DNA of 64,000 nt, from the NCBI GenBank assembly GCA_038087875.1, contig CM075988.1:1922001-1986000 (forward strand). The letters run 5' to 3'. A program made the translations under genes and the position numbers. The stretch comes from Malacoraja senta. Its lineage: Eukaryota. Under the pieces are notes generated by a model. The model saw only the letters and a list, made by a program, of their open reading frames with translations, made no database searches and was not told the origin of the DNA. This document shows, piece by piece, positions 27,317-38,075 of the stretch (positions within the stretch are counted from its first letter, which is position 1; every line of letters begins with the position of its first letter).

Positions 27317-27923
27317 TGTTGTGTTCAATAAATCACTGGATTCAGACAACAGTTTTGATTCTCTCAGTAAATTATTACATTACTAATTAAGGCACATACA
27401 CTCACGTTTCCCTGAATATCCCCGAATGCACTTGCAAAGCCTGAGTACTCAGCAGAGCATGCCGCAGGGTATTTCTACACACACTCACGTAAACCTGTAC
27501 GCAATCGCAAACTCATCACAGCACACCACAGAATGGTCCATTCAAGATCACCTGGCACTGTTGGTGACACGGTCCAAGGCTGAAGTTCTCTCCCTGAAAG
27601 GGCGCCCAACACCATCCTTTATGGCATTTCTTATCAGAGCAGACCGCGCCACTGCCCCCTCCCCGAGCCAATTATAAGCCCCCCTTGTCTGCAACGTTTC
27701 TGCACTACTGGTGGCAGGGGGCGCGGTTGTCTACCCAAATATTGCTGTTGTGTTGTGTTTGCCAACGTTACACTTTCCCATAGGATGGTCTTGAAGACTG
27801 CGTTCCCAGGCAATGATCACAGGTAACGCATCTGGAAACTTGTTTTCGTAGACCGTGGAATGTAGGTCTGATAACTCCATTTCACATTTTAGCTGAAATT
27901 GCCCGTTTAACCCTTACACTACA
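27317..27923 (-). repeat. ERV 3' LTR
   Basis: On the minus strand it reads TGTAG...CAACA. It is preceded by PPT AAGGGGTGGAG (27924-27934) and is homologous to 29974-30510. Confidence 0.9.
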
Positions 27924-28094
27924 CTCCACCCCTTGGAGTCATCAGTCTACATTAGCACCCATCTAACAACATGTTACTGAGAATAATAATCAAAAGTACA
28001 GTATAATAATTCTATCTATGAATGTGAGGTGATTATGTGTCAAACCCATGCCATAAGGGCGTGAGTTATGTGATCTACCAGTAATTCATTGTAA

Positions 28095-28235
28095 TCCGGT
28101 ATGTAAGTGTAGTCTTCTCTCCCAATGATGACACAAGTCCTCATTTTCTAGGCTAGTTGGAAGTCCAGGGCCATGCGATTCTGCAAGACGATAGTTTGTA
28201 TTGCCACCATTTCGGCACTCAGTGCTTGGATAGCT
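28095..28235 (-). pseudogene. env: env TM remnant with an immunosuppressive domain
   Basis: AIQALSAEMVAIQTIVLQNRMALDFQLA*KMRTCVIIGREDYTYIPD matches the gamma-type LQNRxALDxLxAxxGGxC...CC motif in decayed form. Confidence 0.85.
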
Positions 28236-28699
28236 TGCCTGCCTCTACTAGCCCCAGAGTGGTCCTGCTGTCTGCGATGTGGGACCTGTGCACAAACTCA
28301 GTTTAAATAGGTATGTGTACAGGAGCGAGAGATAGGTGTTTGATTCAGTGCAGACAAGCGGTGCAGCAGCCAGCACTGCCAGAAATATCAGCCCATGCCT
28401 TCATCCGGTATACATGATGCGCCTCACGGTTCTTCTGTAAAGAGAGGGCAGAGCAGGGTCACTCTCGCCTGGTCAAGTGCTGTAAAGGTACTGTAGGTTT
28501 ATCCTCCCCAGTCACCATCAGCCACCGCGTATTGCCCTGCGCTGTGGCAATAACTTCCCCCTTGCCAGGGGCCCCCATCGGGGACCGAAACCCACACCTT
28601 CCGGGCGTCTTCCTGATGTTCTTTCGTCAGTGTGGCTTCATCTGGCTCGACTGTAACAGACAGATGTCAGCTCTTGGGTGTGCCCCCTTCCATTGGTCA

Positions 28700-29465
28700 T
28701 TGGTTCAAGTTGTTTACTGCTTGCTGTAACACAAGGGCCCACCCCTTTAGCGTGTGGGAGGAGGTTAGTGTGTGTATCTGCTCTTTTAGTAGACTTTTCA
28801 TCCGCTCCACCAGCCCTGCTGCTTGCGGGTAATACGGGATGTGGCCAGTCCACTGCACCCCATTGTTGCACTCTGTTACCAGTAAAGTGGGACCCGTTGT
28901 CTAACTGAATCTCCCATGGTGGACCATACACAGCCATTAGCTGGTGCAGTCCATCTATCTCCCACCCCTGGGACTGCCACTGTGTCATCCATACAGCCAT
29001 ACCGTCTGCAACTGCCCAGGAGATGGTGTACAGCTGGACTGGAGTATTGTCGTTGGACAAAGGGAGGGCCATGACCTCCTCGTGCAGACAGCGAACACCG
29101 CCGGGGCCTCTGTCAACCCTATCCGAGATGTACCATTTCCATTTTACAATAGAGGAGCGCTGTGCGTGTTCCTGATTATGGGAGATGTTGGCAGACTTAA
29201 CTCAGGTCATAATAGGTAAGTGAGGGCACATAACCACTATCCCACCCGCCGTAAGGTGCTCGGTAGCAAGGAGTGCCAAGTAACATGCAAACCACTGTCG
29301 CTCAAAGGCCGGGATCAGGCAATCCAGAAACCGAGACGCACCTGCCGTCCATCATGTTGTTGCCACAGACTCCACTCCTCGTTACGAGCAGTAGCCGACA
29401 CCTGCAATTCAAACGAGACATTCGCCCGCTGTAAAGCAAGCGGGAGCGCCTGTTCCACCATGTAG
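28700..29465 (-). pseudogene. pol: pol remnants (RT connection, RNase H and integrase fused by deletions)
   Basis: FELQVSA...WSLWQ...RLGFW, then VQLYTISWAVADGMAVWMTQWQSQGWEI, then GLHQLMAVYGPPWEIQLDNGSHFTG, and YPQAAGLVERMKSLLKEQI in another frame. Confidence 0.85.
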
Positions 29466-29523
29466 TGGGGCACAGCGACCCCATCGGGGAGGGTAACGGG
29501 CATAAGGCCTAGCATCACCTGGT

Positions 29524-29925
29524 CTAGCGAGGGCCGCCGAGAATACCCGCCGGGGAGCCTGGCCACACCCCTAGTCCAGGGGAACCGGCACGATCCATCC
29601 CCGGGGGGCTCTCATCTTGTGCCAGGTTTTTTACTTCTTGTTCCTTTTGTTTAAGATTCTCATGTTGAGATCTAACTATTGACAGCAACAGCCAGAATTC
29701 TCCTTTGTCGCTCCCCTTTTCCTTGGGGAACTCACTCTCTTTTAACTGTGTCAATATATTATGTCCGATTGTAACATTAGGATTGTTGTTTAGTGCATCG
29801 GACCTGTCGATGGGCGTCTCGGACTTAGCAATTAATTTGGCCAAACTCGCAAACACGTCCCTATTATCCACCCACCCTAGGATCCAATAAGTTTCAGGCT
29901 CCACTGCTTTCTTTGACTTGCATGT
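29524..29925 (-). pseudogene. gag: gag N-terminal remnant (putative)
   Basis: First open frame after the PBS. It contains WLLLSIV followed by a coiled-coil-like stretch. Assigned mainly by position. Confidence 0.55.
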
Positions 29926-29953
29926 TATTTATTACTGAGTGTATGTTATCTGA

Positions 29954-29971
29954 ATCCTGCCGACTACGCCA
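29954..29971 (-). promoter_or_regulatory. Primer binding site, tRNA-Ser
   Basis: TGGCGTAGTCGGCAGGAT lies 2 nt after the LTR end and is complementary to the vertebrate tRNA-Ser 3' end ATCCTGCCGACTACGCCA. Confidence 0.92.
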
Positions 29972-29973
29972 AC

Positions 29974-30510
29974 TGTTGCGTTTGATAAATCCCTGGTTTC
30001 AGACAACAGTTTTGATTCAGTAATTTATTGCACTACTAAATAAGGCACATACACTCACGTATCCCCGAATATCCCCGAACGCACTCGCAAACCCCGAGTA
30101 CAGAGCAGAGCACGCCGTAGAGTGTTTCTACACACACTCACGTAAACCTGTACGCATTCGCAAACTCATCACAGCACGCCACAGAATGTTTCATTCAAGA
30201 TCACCTGGCACCATTCGCGACATGGTCCAAGGCTGAAGTTCTCTCCCCGAAAGGGCACCCAGCACCATCCTTTATGGCATTTCTTATCAGTGCAGACTAC
30301 CCCTCCCCGAGCCAATCATAAGCCCCCCTTATCTGCAAATTTTCTGCGCTACTAGCAACAGGAGGCGCAGGTGGTCTACCCAACTATTGCTGTTGTGTTG
30401 TGTTTGTCAACGTTATGCTTTCCCATAGAATGGCCTTGAAGACTGCTCCAAGGCAATGATCACAGGTAACGCATCCAGAAACTTGTTTTCGTGGACTGCG
30501 GAATGTAGGG
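29974..30510 (-). repeat. ERV 5' LTR (outer boundary uncertain)
   Basis: Homologous to the 3' LTR up to ggaatgtagg (~30509). AATAAA lies on the minus strand near 30023-30028. Confidence 0.85.
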
Positions 30511-32089
30511 CTACTAACTTAGCTGATAACTAAGTACGGGCCCAAGATAACCTTGTAAACACCACTGTAGACCCCTGATACTGTGTGAACGTTTCACTGG
30601 CAAACTGAGAGGGTAACCATGGCACAAATTCATGGATGGGTTCAGTGGATATCACTGCTTCACCAAGTCTGGCTTCACACCGGGCCTGTGGCCGGGCTCT
30701 GTTGTGTAGGAAGGAACTGCAGATGCTGGTATAAACCAAAGATAGACACAAAATGCTGGAGTAACTCAGCGGGTCAGGCAGCATCTCTGGAGAGAAGGAA
30801 TTGGAGATGAAGAAAGGTCTTGACCTGAATTGTCACCCATTCCTTCTCTCCAGAGATGCTGCCTGTCCCGCTGAGGTACTCCAGCATTTTGTGTCTATCG
30901 CTTGTCGGGCTACTGGTCACTGGCCAGAGGTAGCTGCTCAGGACGGGGCTTAGACTCATCCAGAGTCACAGCCTGAGACCACAGCAAAGCCCTGACCAGA
31001 CGGAGAAGCTGGGGTGAGGCCGTACTAATGGGTCAGAGCCTGGGCCGCAGTGGGATGAAGCAGGCTGAGAGGCAGGTCCAAGCCACACTGTGACCTCAGC
31101 ACTGGGCCACAGCTAGTGTATAGATGATTAACGAGATGAACAACCGTCCAAAACGTACACCAGCCGGTTTTGCAACGCAAAGCTTTGTTGTAATTAGTGA
31201 CAGGAACGCGGTACAATTAACTCTTAATTTAGCTCAACAATGCTCCCCGGCTTGGTCTCCCTTGTGCCACCATGAGTGAATTCTTCATGCCAGCTTTAAA
31301 TACAGAAGGCACCTGTGCTGTCTGTGCAGCTGCCAGGAAAATATGTCTTTCACCAGCTTCACTGCAACCCTACACCAACGCTCAGCTCACCTTCCCTTAA
31401 GTACAAGAATACATTACAGTGAGTCTAACAATACACCCAGTGGCTTGCACTGTGAAGGCCTTTGTCTCGCTGCAACTTCTGCACTGAATCACAGTGAAAC
31501 AACTAAACCTTCTAACACCAAGCAAGTTGTGAGACACATAGCCATTGTACCTCAGGCAGCAGATTCTGGAGGGATCTTGGCTCAGGCAGAGTTGATGATC
31601 TGCTCATGATGCTCCCTATAGATAGAGATCATACATGACATTGGCAGGAGGTAGCGCTCAAACATGCTTTCACATTGCCCACGTAAGTACTATATCCCTC
31701 TAAACCTTACTATCCATGTACCTGTCCAAATGTATTTTAAATGTTGTTATAGTACCTGCCTCAACTACCTCCTCTGGCAGCTTGTTCCATGTACCCACCA
31801 CCCTCTGTGTGAAAAAGCTGCCCCTCAGGTTCCCAATAAACCTTGCCCATCTCACCTTAAACCAATGTTATCTTGTTTTTGAAAATGCAGAGAGTTGTGG
31901 ATGTAGCCCAGACCATCACACAAACGAACCTCCCTTCCATTCACTTTATCTACACTTCACGTTGCCAGCGACGTCAAGGACGAGTCTCACCCCCAATCAC
32001 TCCGTCTACTCTCCTCTCCCATCAGGCAAGAGGTACAGAAGTGTGAAAACGCACACCTCCAGATTCAATAACAATTTTTTCCTAGCTGT

Positions 32090-32610
32090 CCTGTCTATGC
32101 CGCATCTGCGCCCAGGATGAGGTGTTCCATACCGGGATCTCGGAGATGTCCTCATTCTTTAAGGAAAGGGGGTTCCCTTCTTCCATCATATTCAAGGCCC
32201 TCACTGGGATCTCCTCGATATCCCACAATTCCGCTCTTGCTCACCCTCCCTCCATTCATAACAATAACAGAATCCTTCACCTTCCACCCCATCAGCCGTC
32301 GCATACAGCACACAATTCTCCGACATTTTCGCCATCTCCAACAGGATCCCACCACCAGCCATATCTTCCCATATCCACTCCTTTCCGCTTTCTGCAGAGA
32401 CCGTCCCCTCTGCAACTCTCTGGTCAACCTGTCCCTTCCCACCCAAACCAACCTCTCCCCAGGTACTTTCCCCTGCAACCGCAGAAGATGCTATCTCCCT
32501 CTCCCCTGACATCAGTCTGAAGAAGGATCTCAACCCGAAACGTCACCCATTCCTTCTCTCCAGAGATGCTGCCTGTCCCGCTGTTACTCCCATATTTTGT
32601 ATCTATCTTC
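32090..32610 (+). mobile_element. Penelope-like fragment nested in a Rex1 3' fragment (31880-32780)
   Basis: RICAQDEVFHTGISEMSSFFKERGFP (PLE RT thumb), then the terminal repeat. The Rex1 sequence resumes at agctgtcatcaggcaactgaacc. Confidence 0.75.
32513..32548 (+). ncRNA. Minimal hammerhead ribozyme motif of the Penelope pseudo-LTR
   Basis: CTGAAGA-AGGAT-CTCA-ACCC-GAAAC-GTC. Other copies in the window give stem II as GGGT-CTCG-ACCC. Confidence 0.6.
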
Positions 32611-33149
32611 CGAGCTGTCATCAGGCAACTGAACCATCCTATCACCAACTAGACTGTGGCCCTGATCTCCCATCTACTTGATTGGAGACTCTCAGACTAT
32701 CTTTAATTGGACTTCAATGCGATCTTTATCCGTATCTGTGCACAGTGGATACTTGAATGTATTCATGCACAGTCTTCTCACTGGCAACTGATGACAATGA
32801 CATTGACAGGAGGTCGAGCTTAAACATGCTTTCACATTATTACTCATAAAGTGTGTACTTCCACAGCACAGGCTGATAAAGTGTGTCCATGATCGGCATT
32901 GCTGATGTTAATTCTGGTCAAATTGGAGTTGCCAGGACACTAAAATTGAGTAAAGGCTTCTGTGCTGCTAGGCCATTTGGTCAATTTAAATGTGCCTTCT
33001 GCAGAAATGGGACAAGCTGCAGAATGGTGTCAGCTTGTCTAGAGCCCAGTTAAGAGTTGCAGGGAAAGAATGGGACATCTGCAGATTCTTACAATTAGGT
33101 GTAAAATCGCATGAAAGGGATTGGGTGAATGCAAACCAGACATACACAT

Positions 33150-33669
33150 TGTAAATATCGTTGCGCAGCTTTACTTTGCAAGATGTTGATTGGGTTAAGT
33201 GTAGAGCCTTGTCTGGGTTTCTTGAATATCTGGGCAAATGTTGCTATATTTGCTTTCTTCCAGAAGCTCCATTTGAATGCAATGTATTGGTTACTGTATT
33301 ATTGGGTTAGGGATATGTCTATCATGTACTGTGTTAATCGATATCTGTTATTGGACTGTAAAGAGACCACCCCCATATGGTTCGGCCCCTCAAGGTTCGG
33401 GGACCTATAAAAGGTAGCTCCCACGAGGTCCTGTGTCGATCTTCTGGAAGAACGCTTGGGACTGCGTGAACTTTTGGAGGGTCTCTGCTTGCACGAGGCT
33501 AGAAGGGCTTGGCCAAGCAGATACAAGGATCGAACCCGCGGTGGTTAGGTATAGTCGTGGGGAACTGTTATTGTGTTTTTCCAAAATAAGGTTTAGATGC
33601 ACAAGTGCTTGAATCAGTATCTTATTGATTGAAACTAGACTGGGGGAAGCTTAGAACAAGCTATTTACA
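33150..33669 (+). mobile_element. Probable solo LTR
   Basis: TGTAAATA...TATTTACA inverted termini, TATAAAA near 33406 and AATAAG near 33585. No matching TSD found. Confidence 0.55.
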
Positions 33670-33914
33670 CTGAGACACTAGGTTTTGTCAGATTTAGAAT
33701 TCATTCCATGAGAAATATAATAGCACAGAGCTTCAGGTGAATATTGTATTGTCCAAGATCAACCAGGGTGGGCTGGAACCTTGTACGAGGTGTTGTTATA
33801 CTTCACATAGTGGGTATTCAGCGAGCTGTCTGACTGTGATAGCCCAAACACAAGGTACTGTAGCAATCAAAGGCGACAGAGAGTACTGTAGTCACCAGGA
33901 CTCACGCAGTGAGC

Positions 33915-34200
33915 ATTTAGAGATACAGTATATGCTCTTCGGCCCACTAAGTCCAGGACGACCAGCGATCCCTGCACACTAACACTATCCTACACACTAG
34001 AGACAATTTTAAATTTTTACCAAAGCTAATTAACATGCAAACCTGTACGTCTTTGGAGGGTGGGAGGAAACCGGAGCACCCAGAGAAAACCCACGCAGTC
34101 GCAGTAATACAGCTCCATACAGACAGCCTCATAGTCAGGATCGAACCCGGGTCTCTGGTGCTGTGAGGCAGCAACTTCACCGCTGCGCCACCTTGCCGCC
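33915..34200 (-). mobile_element. HE1-like V-SINE, near full length
   Basis: Head, core and CR1-like tail are present. Further copies lie at ~14180-14385, ~23340-23600, ~44050-44240 and ~57430-57590 (all minus strand). Confidence 0.85.
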
Positions 34201-35489
34201 CATAATCTGTTGTCATTCACTCACAGAGGACCATTGACTAAAGTTTGTGGGGGAGGTGGTGAGTACCAGCAGCCCGTGAGATGAAGGCTCAAGGTAAGTT
34301 ACATGCCAGCAATGAGATGGAACATTAGAGTAAGAGTAGGAGCAGAGGCACAGGCAAATGCAGATGCTGCAATGCTGAACAAAACACGAACAAAACACGA
34401 TGTGCTGGAGTAATCCAGTGGGTCAAGCAGCATCTGTGGAGGGAATGGACAGGCAATGCTTTGGTCGGGAACCTTCATCAGGCTGTGAGAGGTCATAGCC
34501 TCAGAATAAATGGACGTCCCTTTGGGAAGGAGGTGAAGAAGAATTTCTTTAGTCAGAGGGTGGTGAATCTCAGGAATTCATTGCCGCAGAAGGCTGTGGA
34601 GGCTAAGTCAATGGATATTTTTAAGGCAGCGATAGATAGATACTTGATTTGTACGGGCATCAGGGGTTATGGGGAGAAGGCAGGAGAATGGAGTTGAGAG
34701 GGAGAGATAGATCACTTGATGGGCCGAATGGTCTAATTCTGCTCCTATCACATGAACTTATGAAGCAGGCGTGGGTCAATGGGGCTCGGACATCCACTCC
34801 ACCATTCCATGAGACATGGCTGACCTTTCCCCTCAGTGCCACTCTCCTGCACCAAACCCGTATGATTGTTGTGTGAAGTTCTGGTCGCCCGATCACAGGA
34901 AGGAGGTGGGGGTTTGGAGAAGGTGCAGAGGAGGTTCACCAGAATGATGCCTGGATTAAAGGGTATTAGCTACAGGCGGGACTAACTTGGATTGTTTTCT
35001 CTAGAGTACCAGAGGTTGAGGGGTGGTGACCTGATAGATATATGTAGAATTATTGGAGGAATGGATGGGGTAGACAGTCAGGATCCTTTTCCTAGGGTCT
35101 AAATGTCAAAGACTAGAGGGTTTTGAGGTGAGAGGGACAAAGTTAAAAGGAGATTGGCAAGGAGATTCCAAGTCCGGACTTAGTTTTGTTTAGTTTATTG
35201 TCACGTGTACAGTGAAAAGCTTCTCAAAATTCTCAAAGATGGTGAGCTACAGCCCAAACCACAGTGTGCTGTAAATAATTTCCCTCAGTTCCCTTTGAGA
35301 CACATGGGAGAGGTGTCCACAGAGAGCATACTGGCACAGTGGTAGAGTTGCTGCCTTACAGCTCCATAGACCCAGGCTGAATCCTCACTACAGGTGCTGT
35401 CTGTACAGAGTTTGTACGTCCTCCCCTTGACCTGTGTGGGTTTTCTCCGGGATCTCAGTTTCCTCTCACACTCCAAAGACGTATAGGTT

Positions 35490-37688
35490 CTTTCTATCTT
35501 CTCGACTCTTGTGAGGGTGATATCATACATGGTTAGTGGCCACATAAGGCGAGGCAGTAACCCAAACTGCAGGCACCAGATTTTCAGCTTTCCAGGCAGC
35601 ATGGATCGGTCGATGTTCGCCAGACCTATGATGACTTCTTGCCTAAACTCGTTAGCCTGATCAGTGTCCTTCAGTTTAGAATAATACCATCTTCCCAGAC
35701 TTTTGATTCGCTTCTCTGACACAGTTGGCATAGGTTCTTCATCAATGAAGAACCTTTGATCTGTCAGTTTGCCTTTGATTATGGAAATGTTTCTTGATTT
35801 GGATGGCTTGAATTTCATTCTGACCCCAGTGATGTTTTCTTGAAGCTTTCCTAAAAGGCGCCTGGTGCAAGGTGCTGTTGTTGTTATAATTGTCATGTCA
35901 TCCATGTAGGCCCTGATGGGTGGTAGACGAACTCCAGACTTCAGCCGCTCGCCACCCACCACCCACTTGGAGGCCCTTATGATGACTTCCATAGCCATTG
36001 TAAAAATCAATGGGGAGATGGTACACCCCACCATAATGCCAATCTCCATGCAGTGCCATGTGGTCGTGAAGTCAGGCGTGGTGAAACAGAGCTGCAGATC
36101 TTGAAAATAAGCCTTAACAAGGTTTGCGATAGTCTCTGGTATACTGAAGAAGTCAAAGGATGCCCAGAGGAAACTGTGAGGGACAGTTCCGAACGCATTG
36201 GCAAGGTCAAGAAAAATGACATGCAGATCTCTCTTCTCTTTTCTTGCAGTCTGGATTTGCTGCCAAATCATGCTGGTATGTTCGAGACATCCAGAGAACC
36301 CTGGGATGCCTGCTTTTTGGACTGTTGTATCCACAAGGTTGTTTCTCTCTAAATAGCTGGTCATCCTCTGGGCTATGATGCTGAAGAAGATCTTACCCTC
36401 TATATTGAGGAGACTGATAGGGCGGAGTTGGCTGATATCTGTGGATTCCTTCTCTTTCGGAATCAGGATTCCTCCTGCCCTGCGCCATGCTTTGGGTATG
36501 ACTCTCTTCTCCCAAGCCACTCTCATTAGCCTCCACAGGAAGCAAAGGACATCAGGAGCACCCTTGTAGAGTCGATACGGAACCCCATTTGGCCCTGGGG
36601 CTGAAGTTGCTCTTGCCCGCTTTACTGTCTGTTCCACCTCCCTCCACTTTGGAGGACTAATGTCCATCTTATGCTCTGGTTGTTCAATTGGTGGGATGTC
36701 CGATGGAATAGCTGTCTTCTGGTGTCTCTGGTCATCCGCATGCATTCTTTCCAGATGCTCGTCCAGCTCCTGCCTTGTTGTTTTCAGGTTTCCTCCCTTT
36801 TCTTTGATGAAAAGTGATTTTACGAATATATAGGGGTCCTTGAAGAAGCGTGATCTCGTTCGTTCTTTCTTTTTCCGTGATTTCCGCAGGTACTCTGGTC
36901 GTCTCAGGGTTGCTAAACGGTTTTTGATGTTTCCCTGGAGAATGTTGATGCCCTCCTTCTCACTATCAGAAGCCTTCCTCCACTGCTTCTTGAGCTGCCT
37001 TCCGGATTAGGCATTCCATCTCCTTTTGCCGTCTGGACTTGCTTTCCACAACTGGTGCCTTTTCCTTTTTCTCCCTTATTCCATATCGTTCTGCTCCATA
37101 GCTATAGATGATGTCCCCCATCTTATCAAGCTTTCTTTCAACTGTACCCCTTACACCCTGTAAGATATGGGTCAGGTCTTAATATATGTTCTCCCATTCT
37201 TTCTTCTCTGAGGCTCCAGGCCATTTGACCCGAGATTTTCTTCCGCTGATCTTTTTCTCCATTTTCTGGTTTTCTTGGCTGGATGGGCTCCATATCTTCC
37301 TCTGCCTGCGTAACTGTGCTTGAGTTTCCTTCATCAGGGGGGCTGATGCCCTGCGAACTTTGGTGAGACTCCAGTTGCTGGACTTCATTCGACTTACTTG
37401 ATTGACTTCTCAGGAAGTACTTATCAATGCGATGTCCCTGTTTTCCATCTCTCAAGCACCCTTTCTTTCCTTGATGTATTTTCAAGCCCTTTGAAGATGT
37501 TATTTTCATCCAGCTGCAGGAGCAGACCTGAAGCCTCTTCTCGGATGATGATTGGGCGCATGGTTCTTGTTGAGTGCATGTATTGCTCATGGTCTTTTCC
37601 GTTCCTAGGTCTATAGCAGTGAGTCATCTTCCGCCCCCGCTCTAGCAGACTCTAGGGGTATTCTTTCTTTAATTCTTTTCGCAGCCAT
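35490..37688 (-). pseudogene. HERO-like ORF (zinc finger plus RT), frameshifted, ending in the thumb region
   Basis: SAPGPNGVPY, RPISLLNIEGKIF, QKAGIPGFSGCLEH, FLDLANAFGTVPH, GCTISP, AYMDD, IKSLGRWY. Confidence 0.9.
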
Positions 37689-38005
37689 ATGCGGGTGTCT
37701 CCAAAATACTGAATAGTATTGGATCCTGCTGACATGGGTAGCTAGCCCATGCCTGCCCCAGGTGGGGTCTATTTCCTCCTGTCAGCTGTCTTTCCAGCAG
37801 TCACAAGGTCTTTCCCTTGTTGTCAGCCATTCTATTCACGGCAGTCACTGGATAATTCCAGGGTAAATGTTTACAAATTCACAGGACTAGATGTTAAAAG
37901 TCCAAAGTGTCAAATATCAATTTACTCCCGATGGTGATGGGAGCCTTCTGCACTCAACTATGCTCCTCCGATGTTGAGAAAGGCTAGGCATACACGTCAT
38001 TGGGG

Positions 38006-38075
38006 TTATCAAGTGGGCACCTACTTTCATCGACGTTTCGCTGATGGAACCCACGACGTCTCCAGTAGGCTCAGC
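38006..38075 (-). ncRNA. Candidate pseudoknotted, kink-turn-containing hammerhead ribozyme
   Basis: GCUGA-GCCUAC-UGGA-GACGUC^GUGGG-UUCCA-UCAGC-GAAACGUC-GAUGAAA-GUAGGU-G-CCCAC-UUGAUAA. Four complementary helices plus the core nucleotides. Confidence 0.6.

Larger units (their letters stand above)
27317..30510 (-). mobile_element. Endogenous retrovirus, class III (ERV-S/ERV-L-like), heavily deleted internally
   Basis: Two homologous LTRs, a tRNA-Ser PBS, a PPT, and gag-like, RT-connection, RNase H, integrase and env TM remnants in retroviral order. Confidence 0.9.

Noticed and set aside
30510..30620. Outer end and TSD of the ERV 5' LTR
   Set aside because: Homology to the 3' LTR is lost after ~30509 and no convincing TSD could be placed.
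38032..38066. Conventional type I hammerhead reading CUGGAGA...GAAACGUC on the minus strand
   Set aside because: A6 is missing and helices I and II pair poorly. The pseudoknotted reading explains all the pairings better.
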